Shown: positions 36,827 through 46,726 of the stretch, piece by piece | How the letters are laid out: each line of letters starts with the position of its first letter | How positions within the stretch are numbered: the first letter of the stretch is position 1 | NCBI GenBank assembly: GCA_963674695.2 | Contig: CAXXGI010000001.1 | Span: 512,001 to 576,000, forward strand | DNA: 64,000 bases | Origin: a bacterium | Lineage (GTDB): Bacteria > UBA10199 > 2-02-FULL-44-16 > JAAZCA01 | Reading direction: 5' to 3' | The notes under the pieces: generated by a model | Seen by the model: only the letters and a program-made list of their open reading frames with translations | The model's database searches: none | Told to the model about the DNA's origin: nothing | Translations under genes and position numbers: made by a program

Positions 36827-36854
36827 CACAACTTTTTCGCGTCTTCGCCGATGA
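36827..36854 (+). promoter_or_regulatory. Sigma-28-like promoter
   Basis: CACAAC-N14-GCCGATGA, the same layout as other copies in the window. Confidence 0.5.
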
Positions 36855-36901
36855 GGAGAAGAGCGCAGCACCCGAGCTCCAAACGAGAGAAAGTGACACC
36901 G

Positions 36902-38173
36902 ATGACGACCTTCGCGATAACCCCAGGAACCTCAGCGTCCGCGTTCATGGCGTTTGACTCCAACCTGGGATCTGCCGATGGCAGCTCAAGCGAGGTGGGA
37001 AATGTCGGGTCCGTACCGATGGAGACCGACGCCTTCGATGACGCCCCCATCCTGGCCGAAGCGCAACCGATCAAACTCGTCGCCCTGGGGGACGTGCATA
37101 AGAAGTGGGGCCCGGTCCAACAGATTCTCGACCATGAATTTCCTGAAGGCAACGGCGTCGCCCTCAGCGTGGGGGATCTCATCTCCTATCCGCCGTTGGA
37201 GAACGGCCATCGCATCCTCTTCACGCATGGCAATCACGAAAACTTCGGGGCACTCGAAACACTCCACGAGGATTCACGCGGGCAGTATCAACCGATCTTT
37301 GCAGGACAGTCCCTCGCAATCGGCGGACTGACGCTCGCCGGCATTCCGGGCATCTTTTTGCAGCGCTTCTACGATAACCCCGATCTTACATCCCTCAAGT
37401 ATTTCACTCGATCACAGGTCGAGACGATGAGGGCGATGGAGCGCTCGGTCGACATCCTGCTCATGCATGACGCGCCGTCGAGAGTGGGGTTTCAAAAAAA
37501 TGGCACCGCCCGGGGCGACCCGTTACTCACGGGCATCATCGAATATCTGCGCCCGCGCCTGGTCCTGTTTGGCCATCATCATCAATCATTTCAGGGACAG
37601 CTGGGAGAGACGCGCATCGTGGGCCTTGATTACCCACACCGATCCTACGGCGTCATCGAGTTCGATCCCAAAACGGAATTACTCCGGATGACGCGACACA
37701 ACGCCAAACTCGAGAAGGGCCCCGGCAAAATGCTGGTGTTTCATTATGCCTGGCAATCTGATAAGAACGTTGGTGGATCAGAGGTTCTCTTCAAGGGGAG
37801 GATTGCCGTGGGACGTGAACAGGAGTTACAGGAACAGCTCATCACCGCACATCGCGATCGCATCATTGCGGACCTCAAAGGACGGATTCAATCCGGCCTC
37901 ACAACGACCGACGCGGACACACTCGCCCAGCGACGCGCGACGCTTGCCGTCAACAGCGCACTCCCCTTCGCCGCACGCTATGCGGCAGCGATCGAGAAAA
38001 ATCCAAATATGTCGAAGGAAGAAAAAGAAGATCTGCTCAAAGAAATATATTGCCGCATGTGCACAACGCCCTTTCCCGAAGCCTCGGACGAGACGCTGCT
38101 GGCTTTTCAGGAAGCTCTCAAGGCGCTGGGGATGGTGCAAAACATTGCGGATAGACCATCTCAGCTGACATGA
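36902..38173 (+). CDS. Calcineurin-like metallophosphoesterase with low-complexity N-terminus and helical C-terminal domain
   Basis: GDVH, VGDL, HGNHE, MHD and FGHHH motifs. Confidence 0.88.
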   Translation: MTTFAITPGTSASAFMAFDSNLGSADGSSSEVGNVGSVPMETDAFDDAPILAEAQPIKLVALGDVHKKWGPVQQILDHEFPEGNGVALSVGDLISYPPLENGHRILFTHGNHENFGALETLHEDSRGQYQPIFAGQSLAIGGLTLAGIPGIFLQRFYDNPDLTSLKYFTRSQVETMRAMERSVDILLMHDAPSRVGFQKNGTARGDPLLTGIIEYLRPRLVLFGHHHQSFQGQLGETRIVGLDYPHRSYGVIEFDPKTELLRMTRHNAKLEKGPGKMLVFHYAWQSDKNVGGSEVLFKGRIAVGREQELQEQLITAHRDRIIADLKGRIQSGLTTTDADTLAQRRATLAVNSALPFAARYAAAIEKNPNMSKEEKEDLLKEIYCRMCTTPFPEASDETLLAFQEALKALGMVQNIADRPSQLT

Positions 38174-40547
38174 GCAGACGCTCACCCGCATCCGGAAAGA
38201 ATGGACTCTCCGGTGTCATCACGGAAAATTGTACGTTGCGATCCCATCCCGATTCCCGCATCCGAGCACGCGTGTGATTGAACGCATCGCGCATGCGCTG
38301 ATCGCAATTGAATTCATCCAGCCTACTCTGTTTATTCACCACACGATCGAACTTCTTATATTGTTTGGTGACACCAATACTTCCGTCGGGCAGCTGCCGC
38401 TGCCACCACTCCAATCCCTGCATCTCCGCGCCACTGTTAGCTGACTGCCATGATCGAATCGATTCGATCGTTCGCGCCACAAAGCCATCAAACCGATCTG
38501 GTGTGACGACCACGGCGATATCGATGTCGCTGGCCTTTGCCGCCCTTCCCTCGATCCCCAGGTGAGAAACCCAGCGAAAGGGAATATCCGTCCCGGACTT
38601 AAACCCCGTCACGGAACTACCCTGGACGTAAACGGCAACGCCGGACTCATAGAGCGGCACGCCAGCTGCATGAAGCTCCGCCATCGCAACGCATTGAAAC
38701 TCCTGATACTGCGCAATCGATTCAAACCCGAGGGGCAACTCCGTTCCGTACCCCAGAAACTGTTGCATCCCCTTCACGCCGATGAGGGATTGCAACTCCT
38801 CTCCCGTCCAACGCTGTGCACCGATAAGGTGATCGATGAGATCGGACTGCTCCTGCACCGAAAGTCCATTCAGCTCGCGCGCACCGAGCCAACCTTCTAC
38901 CTGGGAACGCCGCTCGACGGTGAGCTCGCCCAGACGAAAGGCACCTGTCTGTTCGGGATTGGAGAGATTGATTGGTCGCGCAGAGCCCATCGCCCTCGTC
39001 TCGATGACATCATCAGCGAGCTTTGGAGGAGGAAGATTCTTTTCGAGAACGGCACTCGAGGCCCGCCGTGATTCAACACGCGTGATCCAGTCCGGAATGG
39101 CGATGAACCCGCGCTCATCGGCGAGCGCCGTCTTGAGATACGTCACAAACTCCGACCGACTCATCGCGCCGATACGATCGACACCGAGGCGCACAACACG
39201 CATGCCACCGCCGGCGGCACCGCGCACGGTCGCATAGGCCGCGCGGCCCACCAGATCCAGGCCAGACAGATGCCACGCGCCGATCGCCGTTTGACGACCG
39301 AGGTGCGCCGTGGTCGAAAACGCCACGCGCGCTCGTGAAGCACCGCTGCGCGAGAGTGCTCGCATCATGCTATACGTGGAGCTCACCGCCTCGTTTGCAC
39401 GCAGTGCAAGTACCGGCGCCTCCAACGCGCAGACCGCGAGCGCCGTATACATGATGAGCTGCGCGGTCTCCTCTGAGCGATCCTGGGCGACGCTCCATTC
39501 AGCGTTATTCAATGCATCGGGCTCGTCGGGCAGTTCATCCGTCGCCCAGCGATAACAATAGACCGCTCCATCCTTCATGAGCACGAAGGGATCGGTAAAG
39601 AAACGCACCACCCCTTTTCCGGCAACATAGTTTTGATCCGAAATGCTCGCATGTCCTAAACCTGTCTTCCAGGTCTTCTTGTGCAACTCCTTCGCCAACC
39701 TCACAACCCCTTCATGAACGGCAGGGGAATCAACATCGATCTTTGCCCCCAATATTTTTTCATCCAAACCCGTGCGAAAGGCGAAGCGCTTGAATCGCAT
39801 CACGGCATCGACGAGCACCCCCTCCAACGCGGCGACGCGATCCTCTTTTTTTTCAGGGACACAGATCTCAATGTGCCCGTTTGCATTCCAGGCCTCGAAC
39901 ATCCCGATAGATTTAGGGTCGAGAATCGGCGTGACGATTTCAGGGTTATGCTCCAACGGCAGGGCAATCTGCGTCAGCATGTGCCCGAGTTCAAAGAGAT
40001 CACGGCGACGCGCAGGACCGGGCTCGATGCGATCTTCAGCATAATCCCAGACGCTTCCTGTCTGTTCGAGATGGGAGCGCACCTCATCGTCATCCATTTC
40101 GAAAATCGCTTCCGCCCTGAGCAGTTGATGTTCGAACCATTCCTGCAGTTCTGGTACCACCGCGCTTGTTGTAAAATGCTCGATCGCAACCGCCAACGCT
40201 TCGCGGGCACGCACACTCTCTTCGCCACACGCGATGAACCGAAACAGGTTATCGAGTGCGTCTCCCAATGCATCATAGCGGCGGGCAAACGTCGGCGAGA
40301 GATCATAGCCAACCGCCTCCGGTATTTCCGAATCGGAAATGGAAATGGAATCAGGAGACCAGATGACGTGATCGGCATGCGATGCGGAGCACGAAAAAGC
40401 ATCTGGGGTTGATAGCTCGAAGCCATCTCCGGGATCGATCGCTTCATAGGCGAGCGATTCGGCTTCGATCTCGGGCGCAAGGGGAGCGACGACTGAACCG
40501 GCATCAGTCGCATCCTTTTTGATCAGATTGTCGCCGCCGGAATGCAT
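38118..40547 (-). CDS. Hypothetical protein with C-terminal nucleotidyltransferase-like motif (polymorphic-toxin-like)
   Basis: About 810-aa ORF; central hydrophobic G/A-rich helices; VYVQGSSVTG...SDIDIAV (GS..DxD). Confidence 0.65.
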   Translation of the reverse strand: MHSGGDNLIKKDATDAGSVVAPLAPEIEAESLAYEAIDPGDGFELSTPDAFSCSASHADHVIWSPDSISISDSEIPEAVGYDLSPTFARRYDALGDALDNLFRFIACGEESVRAREALAVAIEHFTTSAVVPELQEWFEHQLLRAEAIFEMDDDEVRSHLEQTGSVWDYAEDRIEPGPARRRDLFELGHMLTQIALPLEHNPEIVTPILDPKSIGMFEAWNANGHIEICVPEKKEDRVAALEGVLVDAVMRFKRFAFRTGLDEKILGAKIDVDSPAVHEGVVRLAKELHKKTWKTGLGHASISDQNYVAGKGVVRFFTDPFVLMKDGAVYCYRWATDELPDEPDALNNAEWSVAQDRSEETAQLIMYTALAVCALEAPVLALRANEAVSSTYSMMRALSRSGASRARVAFSTTAHLGRQTAIGAWHLSGLDLVGRAAYATVRGAAGGGMRVVRLGVDRIGAMSRSEFVTYLKTALADERGFIAIPDWITRVESRRASSAVLEKNLPPPKLADDVIETRAMGSARPINLSNPEQTGAFRLGELTVERRSQVEGWLGARELNGLSVQEQSDLIDHLIGAQRWTGEELQSLIGVKGMQQFLGYGTELPLGFESIAQYQEFQCVAMAELHAAGVPLYESGVAVYVQGSSVTGFKSGTDIPFRWVSHLGIEGRAAKASDIDIAVVVTPDRFDGFVARTIESIRSWQSANSGAEMQGLEWWQRQLPDGSIGVTKQYKKFDRVVNKQSRLDEFNCDQRMRDAFNHTRARMRESGWDRNVQFSVMTPESPFFPDAGERLLMSAEMVYPQCFAPSPAP

Positions 40548-40618
40548 GAAACCCCCCAAATGAGGTGCACAGGAGGCGCGGATGAGGATTCACACACGCC
40601 CCTGCCGTTACCTCTTTA

Positions 40619-40648
40619 TTATCGGCAGGTTGGGGGGAGAGAGTTGCG
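40619..40648 (-). promoter_or_regulatory. Sigma-28-like promoter
   Basis: CGCAAC-N16-GCCGATAA, ~70 bp upstream of the start. Confidence 0.55.
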
Positions 40649-40705
40649 TGGGAGGACAAGAAAATGCGTACGACGATTATCACGTAACCATAGGGAATAA
40701 TATAA

Positions 40706-41587
40706 CTATTTCTTCTTTTGGATGAGACCCAGCAACGTGCGGAGATTCTTGGAGTCGTGGGCAGTCGGATTCTCGGCCTTGGGGGTCTCCAGGATCATGG
40801 GGAGGGGGGCGAGCGCGGGGTCGTTCATGAGGAGGCGAAAACCGGAAAGACCGATTTTTCCCTCGCCGATGTGCGCGTGGCGATCGCGATGCAAACCCAG
40901 ATCGAACATCGAGTCGTTCAGATGCAGGGCGGCGAGTTTCTTCATGCCGACGGTGGAACGAAACTGTCGCCAGGTTTCATTCCATCCCTTCTTCGTGCGC
41001 AGCTCATAGCCGGCCGCGAAGACGTGTGCGGTGTCGAGGCAGACGACGACGCGTGAGGAGTCGGCGACCCCGTCGATGATGGCGGCGAGCTCCTCGAAGC
41101 GGCTGCCGATCGAGGTGCCCTGACCGGCGGTGGTCTCCAGGGCGATCTTTGTGGAGAGGGCCTTCGTCTCGTCGAGGATGCGGTCGATCGAATCGATGAT
41201 GCGCGCGATCCCCCAGTCGAGGCCGCGATCCTTGTGCGCGCCGGGGTGGACGACGACGAAGGGGAGCGAGAGCATCGCGGCGCGCTCGATCTCTTCGCGC
41301 ATGCCGCGGAGCGAGCGCGCATAGGTCGTGCGGTCGGGGGCAGCGAGATTGATGAGATAGCTGGCATGCGCGATGGCAACGCGGATACCACCCGCCTTCA
41401 TCTCCTGCGCGAAGGCCTCGGCGTCGTCGTCGGAGATCGGGCGCGTGCGCCACTGCTGGTTGCTGGAGGTAAAGAGTTGAATCGCGGTGCAGCCGAGTTC
41501 CGCACCCGTCTTCGGTGCGTTTGCCACGCCGCCGGCGATGGAACAGTGCACGCCGATGAGGCGCCCCTTGTAGCGATCTTTTTTCAT
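40706..41587 (-). CDS. nfo: Endonuclease IV (AP endonuclease 2)
   Basis: GVHCSIAGG, HASYLINL, VHPG, LETTAGQG, CLDTAH, HLNDS, DRH, LETP. Confidence 0.95.
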   Translation of the reverse strand: MKKDRYKGRLIGVHCSIAGGVANAPKTGAELGCTAIQLFTSSNQQWRTRPISDDDAEAFAQEMKAGGIRVAIAHASYLINLAAPDRTTYARSLRGMREEIERAAMLSLPFVVVHPGAHKDRGLDWGIARIIDSIDRILDETKALSTKIALETTAGQGTSIGSRFEELAAIIDGVADSSRVVVCLDTAHVFAAGYELRTKKGWNETWRQFRSTVGMKKLAALHLNDSMFDLGLHRDRHAHIGEGKIGLSGFRLLMNDPALAPLPMILETPKAENPTAHDSKNLRTLLGLIQKKK

Positions 41588-41672
41588 GGGCGTTCGATGA
41601 CATCGCCCGCACAAAAACGCAAGGCGATCTCTCCAATATGGGCGCATCTCTAAACCGCATCTTACGAAGCCT

Positions 41673-41746
41673 GTCATTCTGAGTGTAAACGAAGAATCCC
41701 GATGAGCCGCGTCACATCGGGATCCTTCGCTGACACTCAGGATGAC
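41673..41746. repeat. REP-like doublet (GTCATTCTGAG type)
   Basis: GTCATTCTGAGTGTAAACGAAGAATCC...GATCCTTCGCTGACACTCAGGATGAC. Confidence 0.75.
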
Positions 41747-41778
41747 ACATCCTGGAAATCACGTTTTTCGATATGCGA

Positions 41779-42543
41779 TCAATCGAAGTGCGGCGCGACG
41801 CCATCGGGCATCGACTGGGAGCTGGAGTCAATCGTGGAGGGCTCCTCCGTGGCAGCTGGATTTCCGACTTCGATCGAGGAACCCTCCCCCTCGTCGAGCG
41901 AGATAAGCGTGAAGGAGATCGCCCCATCGCTGACGGTATAGCCCATCACCGCCACATCGCCATCCTTGTCGAACTCGATCTGTCCGGGTTCGAGGATGCG
42001 CCACCCACCGCGCGTGATCACATCGCCCCCCTCGTCGACGAAGAAACCGGAGGGGAGGAAGGTGATGTAGGGCGAAGAGGCGGTGACGGTCATCAGCTCT
42101 TCGCTTTCGGCCGCCGGCAACGAGCCTTCATCGGCACTTTCTGAACTCGGCACCGCATCCCAGCTATCCATCACATCGTCCTGCGCATTGACCTGTTTGC
42201 CCTTGCGCTGTGCCGCGACGGGATCATCACCCTCATCCGGCGCGACCGTGCCGCCGACGGTTTCCTCTACGGGATCATCATCTCCGTGCTGCGGCCGTTC
42301 ATAGTCCGGAACCGGCTGGATGCGCCCCTCGTAGGACTCGGACATCTCGACGACCGTGTCGGCATCGACATTCTCGCCCACCCCGACCTCGCGCGCGCTC
42401 AGGTTAAACCCGCTCATGGCAGCGATGCGATAGCGACCGCCCTCGATGAGCTTCGTCTCATCCTCGCTCATGCCGCCCTTTTCACAGGCGGTGAAGATGA
42501 AGGCGATCGTTGCGATCAGGATGACGATTGCGTTGCGTTTCAT
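41779..42543 (-). CDS. Acidic lipoprotein of unknown function
   Basis: Lipobox FTAC; GGAGG RBS; imperfect sigma-54-like site TGGCACGATCATTGAG at ~42598-42613. Confidence 0.8.
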   Translation of the reverse strand: MKRNAIVILIATIAFIFTACEKGGMSEDETKLIEGGRYRIAAMSGFNLSAREVGVGENVDADTVVEMSESYEGRIQPVPDYERPQHGDDDPVEETVGGTVAPDEGDDPVAAQRKGKQVNAQDDVMDSWDAVPSSESADEGSLPAAESEELMTVTASSPYITFLPSGFFVDEGGDVITRGGWRILEPGQIEFDKDGDVAVMGYTVSDGAISFTLISLDEGEGSSIEVGNPAATEEPSTIDSSSQSMPDGVAPHFD

Positions 42544-42667
42544 TTGGTACCTCCATGATTTCGTCTCTTTTTACATCCGACACCACACCGTATTACTCTC
42601 AATGATCGTGCCAACACGCCGATTATGTATCTCGTCTGTCTGGAAAAGACGATTTTTACCGATTGTT

Positions 42668-42763
42668 GTCATTCCCGCGAAGGCCGGAATCCCGAAGTAC
42701 TTGAAAAATCGAGATTTTCGCCGGAGTTTACCCTCGAGTGATTTAATCGGGGGCGGGAATGAC
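42668..42763. repeat. Composite REP-like element (GTCATTCCCG type)
   Basis: GTCATTCCCGCGAAGGCCGGAATC...GGGAATGAC with a nested insert in one arm. Confidence 0.8.
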
Positions 42764-42846
42764 AACAAAACCCTATTCGACAGGCTCTATTTGTTCAATA
42801 AACGGGGCAAAGATTCCACTCATTCTGAGAATCTCACCTTCAGCCG

Positions 42847-43425
42847 TCATCCGTTTGACGCCCCTGCCAACTCCTCATCGGTAAAAAGCAGCGATTCGAC
42901 GATGGAGATAAAGTCGTCCATGATCGCCTGACCCTGGGCCTCGGTCGTGGCGACGATCTCGATGCGCAGGATCGCGATCTGCGTCCCGTCGGTGGCGTAA
43001 TAGAAGAAGGGATAGGCGCCGTTTGCCTCCGGCGTCTGTTGCGAAACGCCCGCGCCCTCCATCCCCTCCTCGGAAAAAAATTCGACGACATCGTCGGCAT
43101 GGCGCGCGTTGACATAGTCGGTGAAACTCGTGCCCGCTGGCAGCGTGTCGATGAGCGCCACGAAGTTGGAATCATCCTTCGTAAAATACGCGACGATCTT
43201 CGCGCTGCCGAGCGGATCGGTATAGACCTCCGGCCCCGGCGTCCCCTCCACCGTATAGTCCACATACGTCCAGCCCGGCGGAAGGGTGAGCTGTACGCCA
43301 TCCTCCTTGTCGATGTAGACCGAGCTCTCGTCGATCGGGTTGGTCACCTCGGTCCCGCGCTGCGTACAGGCCGACAGAGAAAGAATGATGACGAATACGC
43401 CGATGATGATGCGTTTCAATTCCAT
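42847..43425 (-). CDS. Lipoprotein, translationally coupled to the TIGR02147-like gene
   Basis: Lipobox LSAC followed by GTEVTNP. Confidence 0.8.
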   Translation of the reverse strand: MELKRIIIGVFVIILSLSACTQRGTEVTNPIDESSVYIDKEDGVQLTLPPGWTYVDYTVEGTPGPEVYTDPLGSAKIVAYFTKDDSNFVALIDTLPAGTSFTDYVNARHADDVVEFFSEEGMEGAGVSQQTPEANGAYPFFYYATDGTQIAILRIEIVATTEAQGQAIMDDFISIVESLLFTDEELAGASNG

Positions 43426-44258
43426 TGGGCCTCCGAGAGCGGAAAGAGCTGAAAGTTCATCTGACAGACGACGTCTTTGCGTTCGGCCTTCGACGCCAGG
43501 TCGTGGATCTCGTGACGACAGCGTTCGATCGCCGCGCGCATCTTCTCGAACGTGGCGCGATCGATGCCGACGGTGAGTGCGGAGAGATCGCGGTCGGCGG
43601 CGCGACTCCCATCGATCGACTCGATCGCCTTGGCAAACATCTGTCGATAGAAGGCGTTGACCGCCACCGAAAAGAGGCGCGGCTCGCAGACGATATCGGC
43701 CTCGGTTTGCGTCAGGCGACCATTCGTATCGCGCGCGAGAAGCCCCAGGTCGATAAGCAGCGCGATGGCGCGATCGACGGCCACAGCAGAGAGCTTTGTG
43801 CCGAGCTGCGCGTTGATCCAGACGGCATTCTCTTCAAACTCGGAAAGTCCCACGAGTTCGCGGATGGCCACGTGATACCACTTGGCCAGATACTCGTAGC
43901 GCTCGGCCTCGACCGCCTTCACCTGCGTGCGATGGCGCAGGCGCGAAATGATCGCCATCTGCGCCGCGCGCTCTTGGCCCGTCTTGGCCTGTTCAAACCC
44001 GACAAGCGCCGTGAAGTATTCGCGTTCGAGCCTATTGAGTTTGAGCGCCCCTAACAGTTTTTCCTGTGCGCGCCTTCCCAGATTGCGTTTGCCGTCCATG
44101 ACGAGTTTTAAAAAGTTGGGGGAAGCAAACCCACAGGTGCGCACGAAGACGCGGTGCGAAAATCCTTTCTGCGTGTTTTTTTTCAGTTCGTAGAGATCGC
44201 GCAGATAGATGCGATAGCTCGTATACTCGAAAAGGTTGATATCGATTGCGGGCATCAT
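43416..44258 (-). CDS. TIGR02147-family protein (HTH + DUF4423-like)
   Basis: LFEYTSYRIYLRDLY..FSHRVF..GFASPNFLKLVMDGKRNL; WYHVAIREL; RDLSALT; QMNFQLFPL. Confidence 0.9.
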   Translation of the reverse strand: MMPAIDINLFEYTSYRIYLRDLYELKKNTQKGFSHRVFVRTCGFASPNFLKLVMDGKRNLGRRAQEKLLGALKLNRLEREYFTALVGFEQAKTGQERAAQMAIISRLRHRTQVKAVEAERYEYLAKWYHVAIRELVGLSEFEENAVWINAQLGTKLSAVAVDRAIALLIDLGLLARDTNGRLTQTEADIVCEPRLFSVAVNAFYRQMFAKAIESIDGSRAADRDLSALTVGIDRATFEKMRAAIERCRHEIHDLASKAERKDVVCQMNFQLFPLSEAQWN

Positions 44259-44333
44259 GCATCCCCCATGCAGGCCCGCCCACCCCGCGTTTGCGGCGGG
44301 GTGAACGGGGGCTGCGTCTCCATTATACTGTAC

Positions 44334-45035
44334 TCACAGCATATCCGCGCCTGAAAAAACGGTCTCCGAGCCCTCGATGTAGGTGAGCGCAATCTCGCTG
44401 CCGTCGAGCGTATAGGCGAAGGTGAACTCGTAGCGCTCCAGCGTGATTTCGAGAACGCCCTCGCTCGTAACGCTCCACTCCGTGCCTGTGACCGTCTCGC
44501 CCGCATCCCGGTCGCGGCCGAACTCATAGCCCTGCTCGCCGAACTGGATGGTGAGCGGGATCGCATCCTCGGAGGAAACCGCATCGCTTCCGGTCTGGTG
44601 TGAAACCTCGGCGCAATCCACCGGTTCATCATGTACGTCCCGGTCACAGCGGCAGTCGCAATGACAGCAGCAACCGCGCTCAACTCCCTCGGCCGACGGC
44701 GTCGGATCCAACGCCTGATCCTCGTCCGTCGGCATCGCCTCCGGAATGTCAGTGCCGACCACGTCGCCGTCGTTTTCGGGCAAAACGTCGTCATCATATA
44801 AGCGCTGTGCCGAAACGCTGTTGCTGCTCGCGGAATCTTCGAAATGCAGGCCGCTCGCGTCGATCGAAAATCCGTTCGTCTCGACGATGGTCAGCCGCCC
44901 CGCGTCGATGAGCGCCTGTTCGGCATCGATGAGACCGGATGGAGTGCCGCCTCCCATGCCACAGCCCATGAGCCCGAGCCCTGCGATAACTGTTGCCGCC
45001 ATCCCGACCATCCGTTTCGTCCATATCCTTTTCAT
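44334..45035 (-). CDS. Acidic lipoprotein with CCCHCDCRC cluster
   Basis: GGAGG RBS; lipobox LMGC. Confidence 0.8.
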   Translation of the reverse strand: MKRIWTKRMVGMAATVIAGLGLMGCGMGGGTPSGLIDAEQALIDAGRLTIVETNGFSIDASGLHFEDSASSNSVSAQRLYDDDVLPENDGDVVGTDIPEAMPTDEDQALDPTPSAEGVERGCCCHCDCRCDRDVHDEPVDCAEVSHQTGSDAVSSEDAIPLTIQFGEQGYEFGRDRDAGETVTGTEWSVTSEGVLEITLERYEFTFAYTLDGSEIALTYIEGSETVFSGADML

Positions 45036-45084
45036 GACCGCCTCCTGGTGTTGGTGAAGATATTCCCCCCGATTCACACCTGGA

Positions 45085-45149
45085 TTATCGGCCGTCGTCC
45101 AGCGCGAGTTGCGCCCAAAAAGAACAATATGTATTCATTTTTGAATACA
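45085..45149 (-). promoter_or_regulatory. Sigma-28-like promoter plus upstream palindromic operator
   Basis: CGCAAC-N15-GCCGATAA (45085-45113) and TGTATTCA-TTTT-TGAATACA (45130-45149). Confidence 0.6.
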
Positions 45150-45315
45150 AGATTTGAGATGAATACATAATAACACATATAAAATCATATTGTTATAACA
45201 ACTTCGCCTTAATTAATAAAAATAACAGCCTGAATATGAATACAGCCACCGCTGGTCAAGTCCGGCTCAATCGTTTGACAACTCCCATCCGAAAATGACG
45301 ATTTCTCCGATTTTT

Positions 45316-45636
45316 GTCATTCCCGCTCCCGATTCAATCATTCGAGGGCAGGCTCCAGCGGGAATCTCGAAGTACTTGAAAAATCGAGATTCCCGCCTCC
45401 GCGGGAATGACAACCTTCGGTTTTCGGGAATGACAACCTTCGGGTTCGGGAATGACAACCTTCGGGTTCGGGAATGACAACCTTCGGGTTCGGGAATGAC
45501 AACCTTCGGGTTCGGGAATGACAACCTTCGGGTTCGGGAATGACAACCTTCGGGTTCGGGAATGACAACCTTCGGGTTCGGGAATGACAACCTTCGGGTT
45601 CGGGAATGACAACCTTCGGGTTTCGGGAATGACAAC
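45316..45636. repeat. REP-like element followed by ~10.5 tandem copies of 22-bp CGGGAATGACAACCTTCGGGTT
   Basis: Units start at 45402, 45425, then every 22 bp to 45601, with a partial unit at 45624. Confidence 0.92.
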
Positions 45637-45728
45637 ATGAGCCGCCTCCCGGACAGGAACGAGATAACGCCGGGGCATCGATGCGATTCACTCGACAAAC
45701 CGAGCAGTTTTCGCGATGACCCTCTTCC

Positions 45729-46628
45729 ATGTATGCCATCGGAATAGCGGCGGGTTTGGCCACCGCCCTGTGTTGGGCCGGCTGCGCGATGTTCTTCACC
45801 TCGAGCTCGCGCCGCATCGGCGTCTTTGCGATGAACAACTGGCGCGTGCTCTTCGGCGCGCTGATGCTCATCGTCGCGCACCTGATCATCATGGGCACGC
45901 CGATTCCCACGGCAACGCGCGAGCAGTGGATCCTGCTCATCGCCAGCGGACTGATGGGCATCTTCATCGGCGACACCTTCCTCTTTCAGGCCCTGCACGA
46001 TCTCGGCCCGCGCATCGGGCTGGCGCTCTTCAATATGATGCCCTTCATGACCGCGCTCCTGGCGTGGGCGATCCTCGGCGAAACGCTTTCGGCGCAGGCC
46101 TGGATCGGGATCGCCGTGACGGTTGCGGGCGCAACCCTCGTACTCTTCGAGGAACACCGCAGCGATCCGGCGGTGCGCAAACCGCGCATCCTGCGCGGCG
46201 TCCTGCTGTCGCTGGCCGCCTCGATCACCTGCGGTCTGGGCTATGTCATCGCCAAGCCGGCGCTCGAAGGAACCGCCGGCGCCGATCCCCTCTCGGCCAC
46301 ACTCATCCGCGTGGCCGCAGCGGTCATCGGCTACTGGCTGGCCGCCCTCACGGGCGGACGCGTGCGCCGCGTGGCCGGCTTCGCCCGCGACCGCCGTGCG
46401 ATGACCTACCTCGTCGTGGGCGCCCTGCTGGGCCCGTTCGGCGGAATCTGGCTCTCGATGGTGGCGCTCAAATTCGTACCGTCCGGAATTGCCTCGACGC
46501 TCTTTGCCACCATGCCCGTCCTCATCCTGCCGATGGTGGCCATCGCCTACCGCGAGCGCATCACCTGGCGCGCCGCGCTCGGTGCGGTCATCACCGTAAT
46601 CGGCGTGGCGGTCCTGGCCAACGCTTGA
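45729..46628 (+). CDS. DMT/EamA family transporter
   Basis: About 10 TM segments in two EamA-like halves. Confidence 0.9.
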   Translation: MYAIGIAAGLATALCWAGCAMFFTSSSRRIGVFAMNNWRVLFGALMLIVAHLIIMGTPIPTATREQWILLIASGLMGIFIGDTFLFQALHDLGPRIGLALFNMMPFMTALLAWAILGETLSAQAWIGIAVTVAGATLVLFEEHRSDPAVRKPRILRGVLLSLAASITCGLGYVIAKPALEGTAGADPLSATLIRVAAAVIGYWLAALTGGRVRRVAGFARDRRAMTYLVVGALLGPFGGIWLSMVALKFVPSGIASTLFATMPVLILPMVAIAYRERITWRAALGAVITVIGVAVLANA

Positions 46629-46726
46629 GTCAGAGTTATCCGACCGCGCAAACCAAATGAAATCGCCGCACTTTCCTGCACGAGATGCTTGTCGTGAGCG
46701 TCCAAGACGTATAAAACAATAGTGCT

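Noticed and set aside
45402-45636. Possible CRISPR array
   Set aside because: The units are contiguous and identical, with no unique spacers and no cas genes.
45267-46157. Repeat-derived ORFs (also 50141-50410, 7023-7535, 8633-9020)
   Set aside because: They are translations of non-coding tandem or palindromic repeats.
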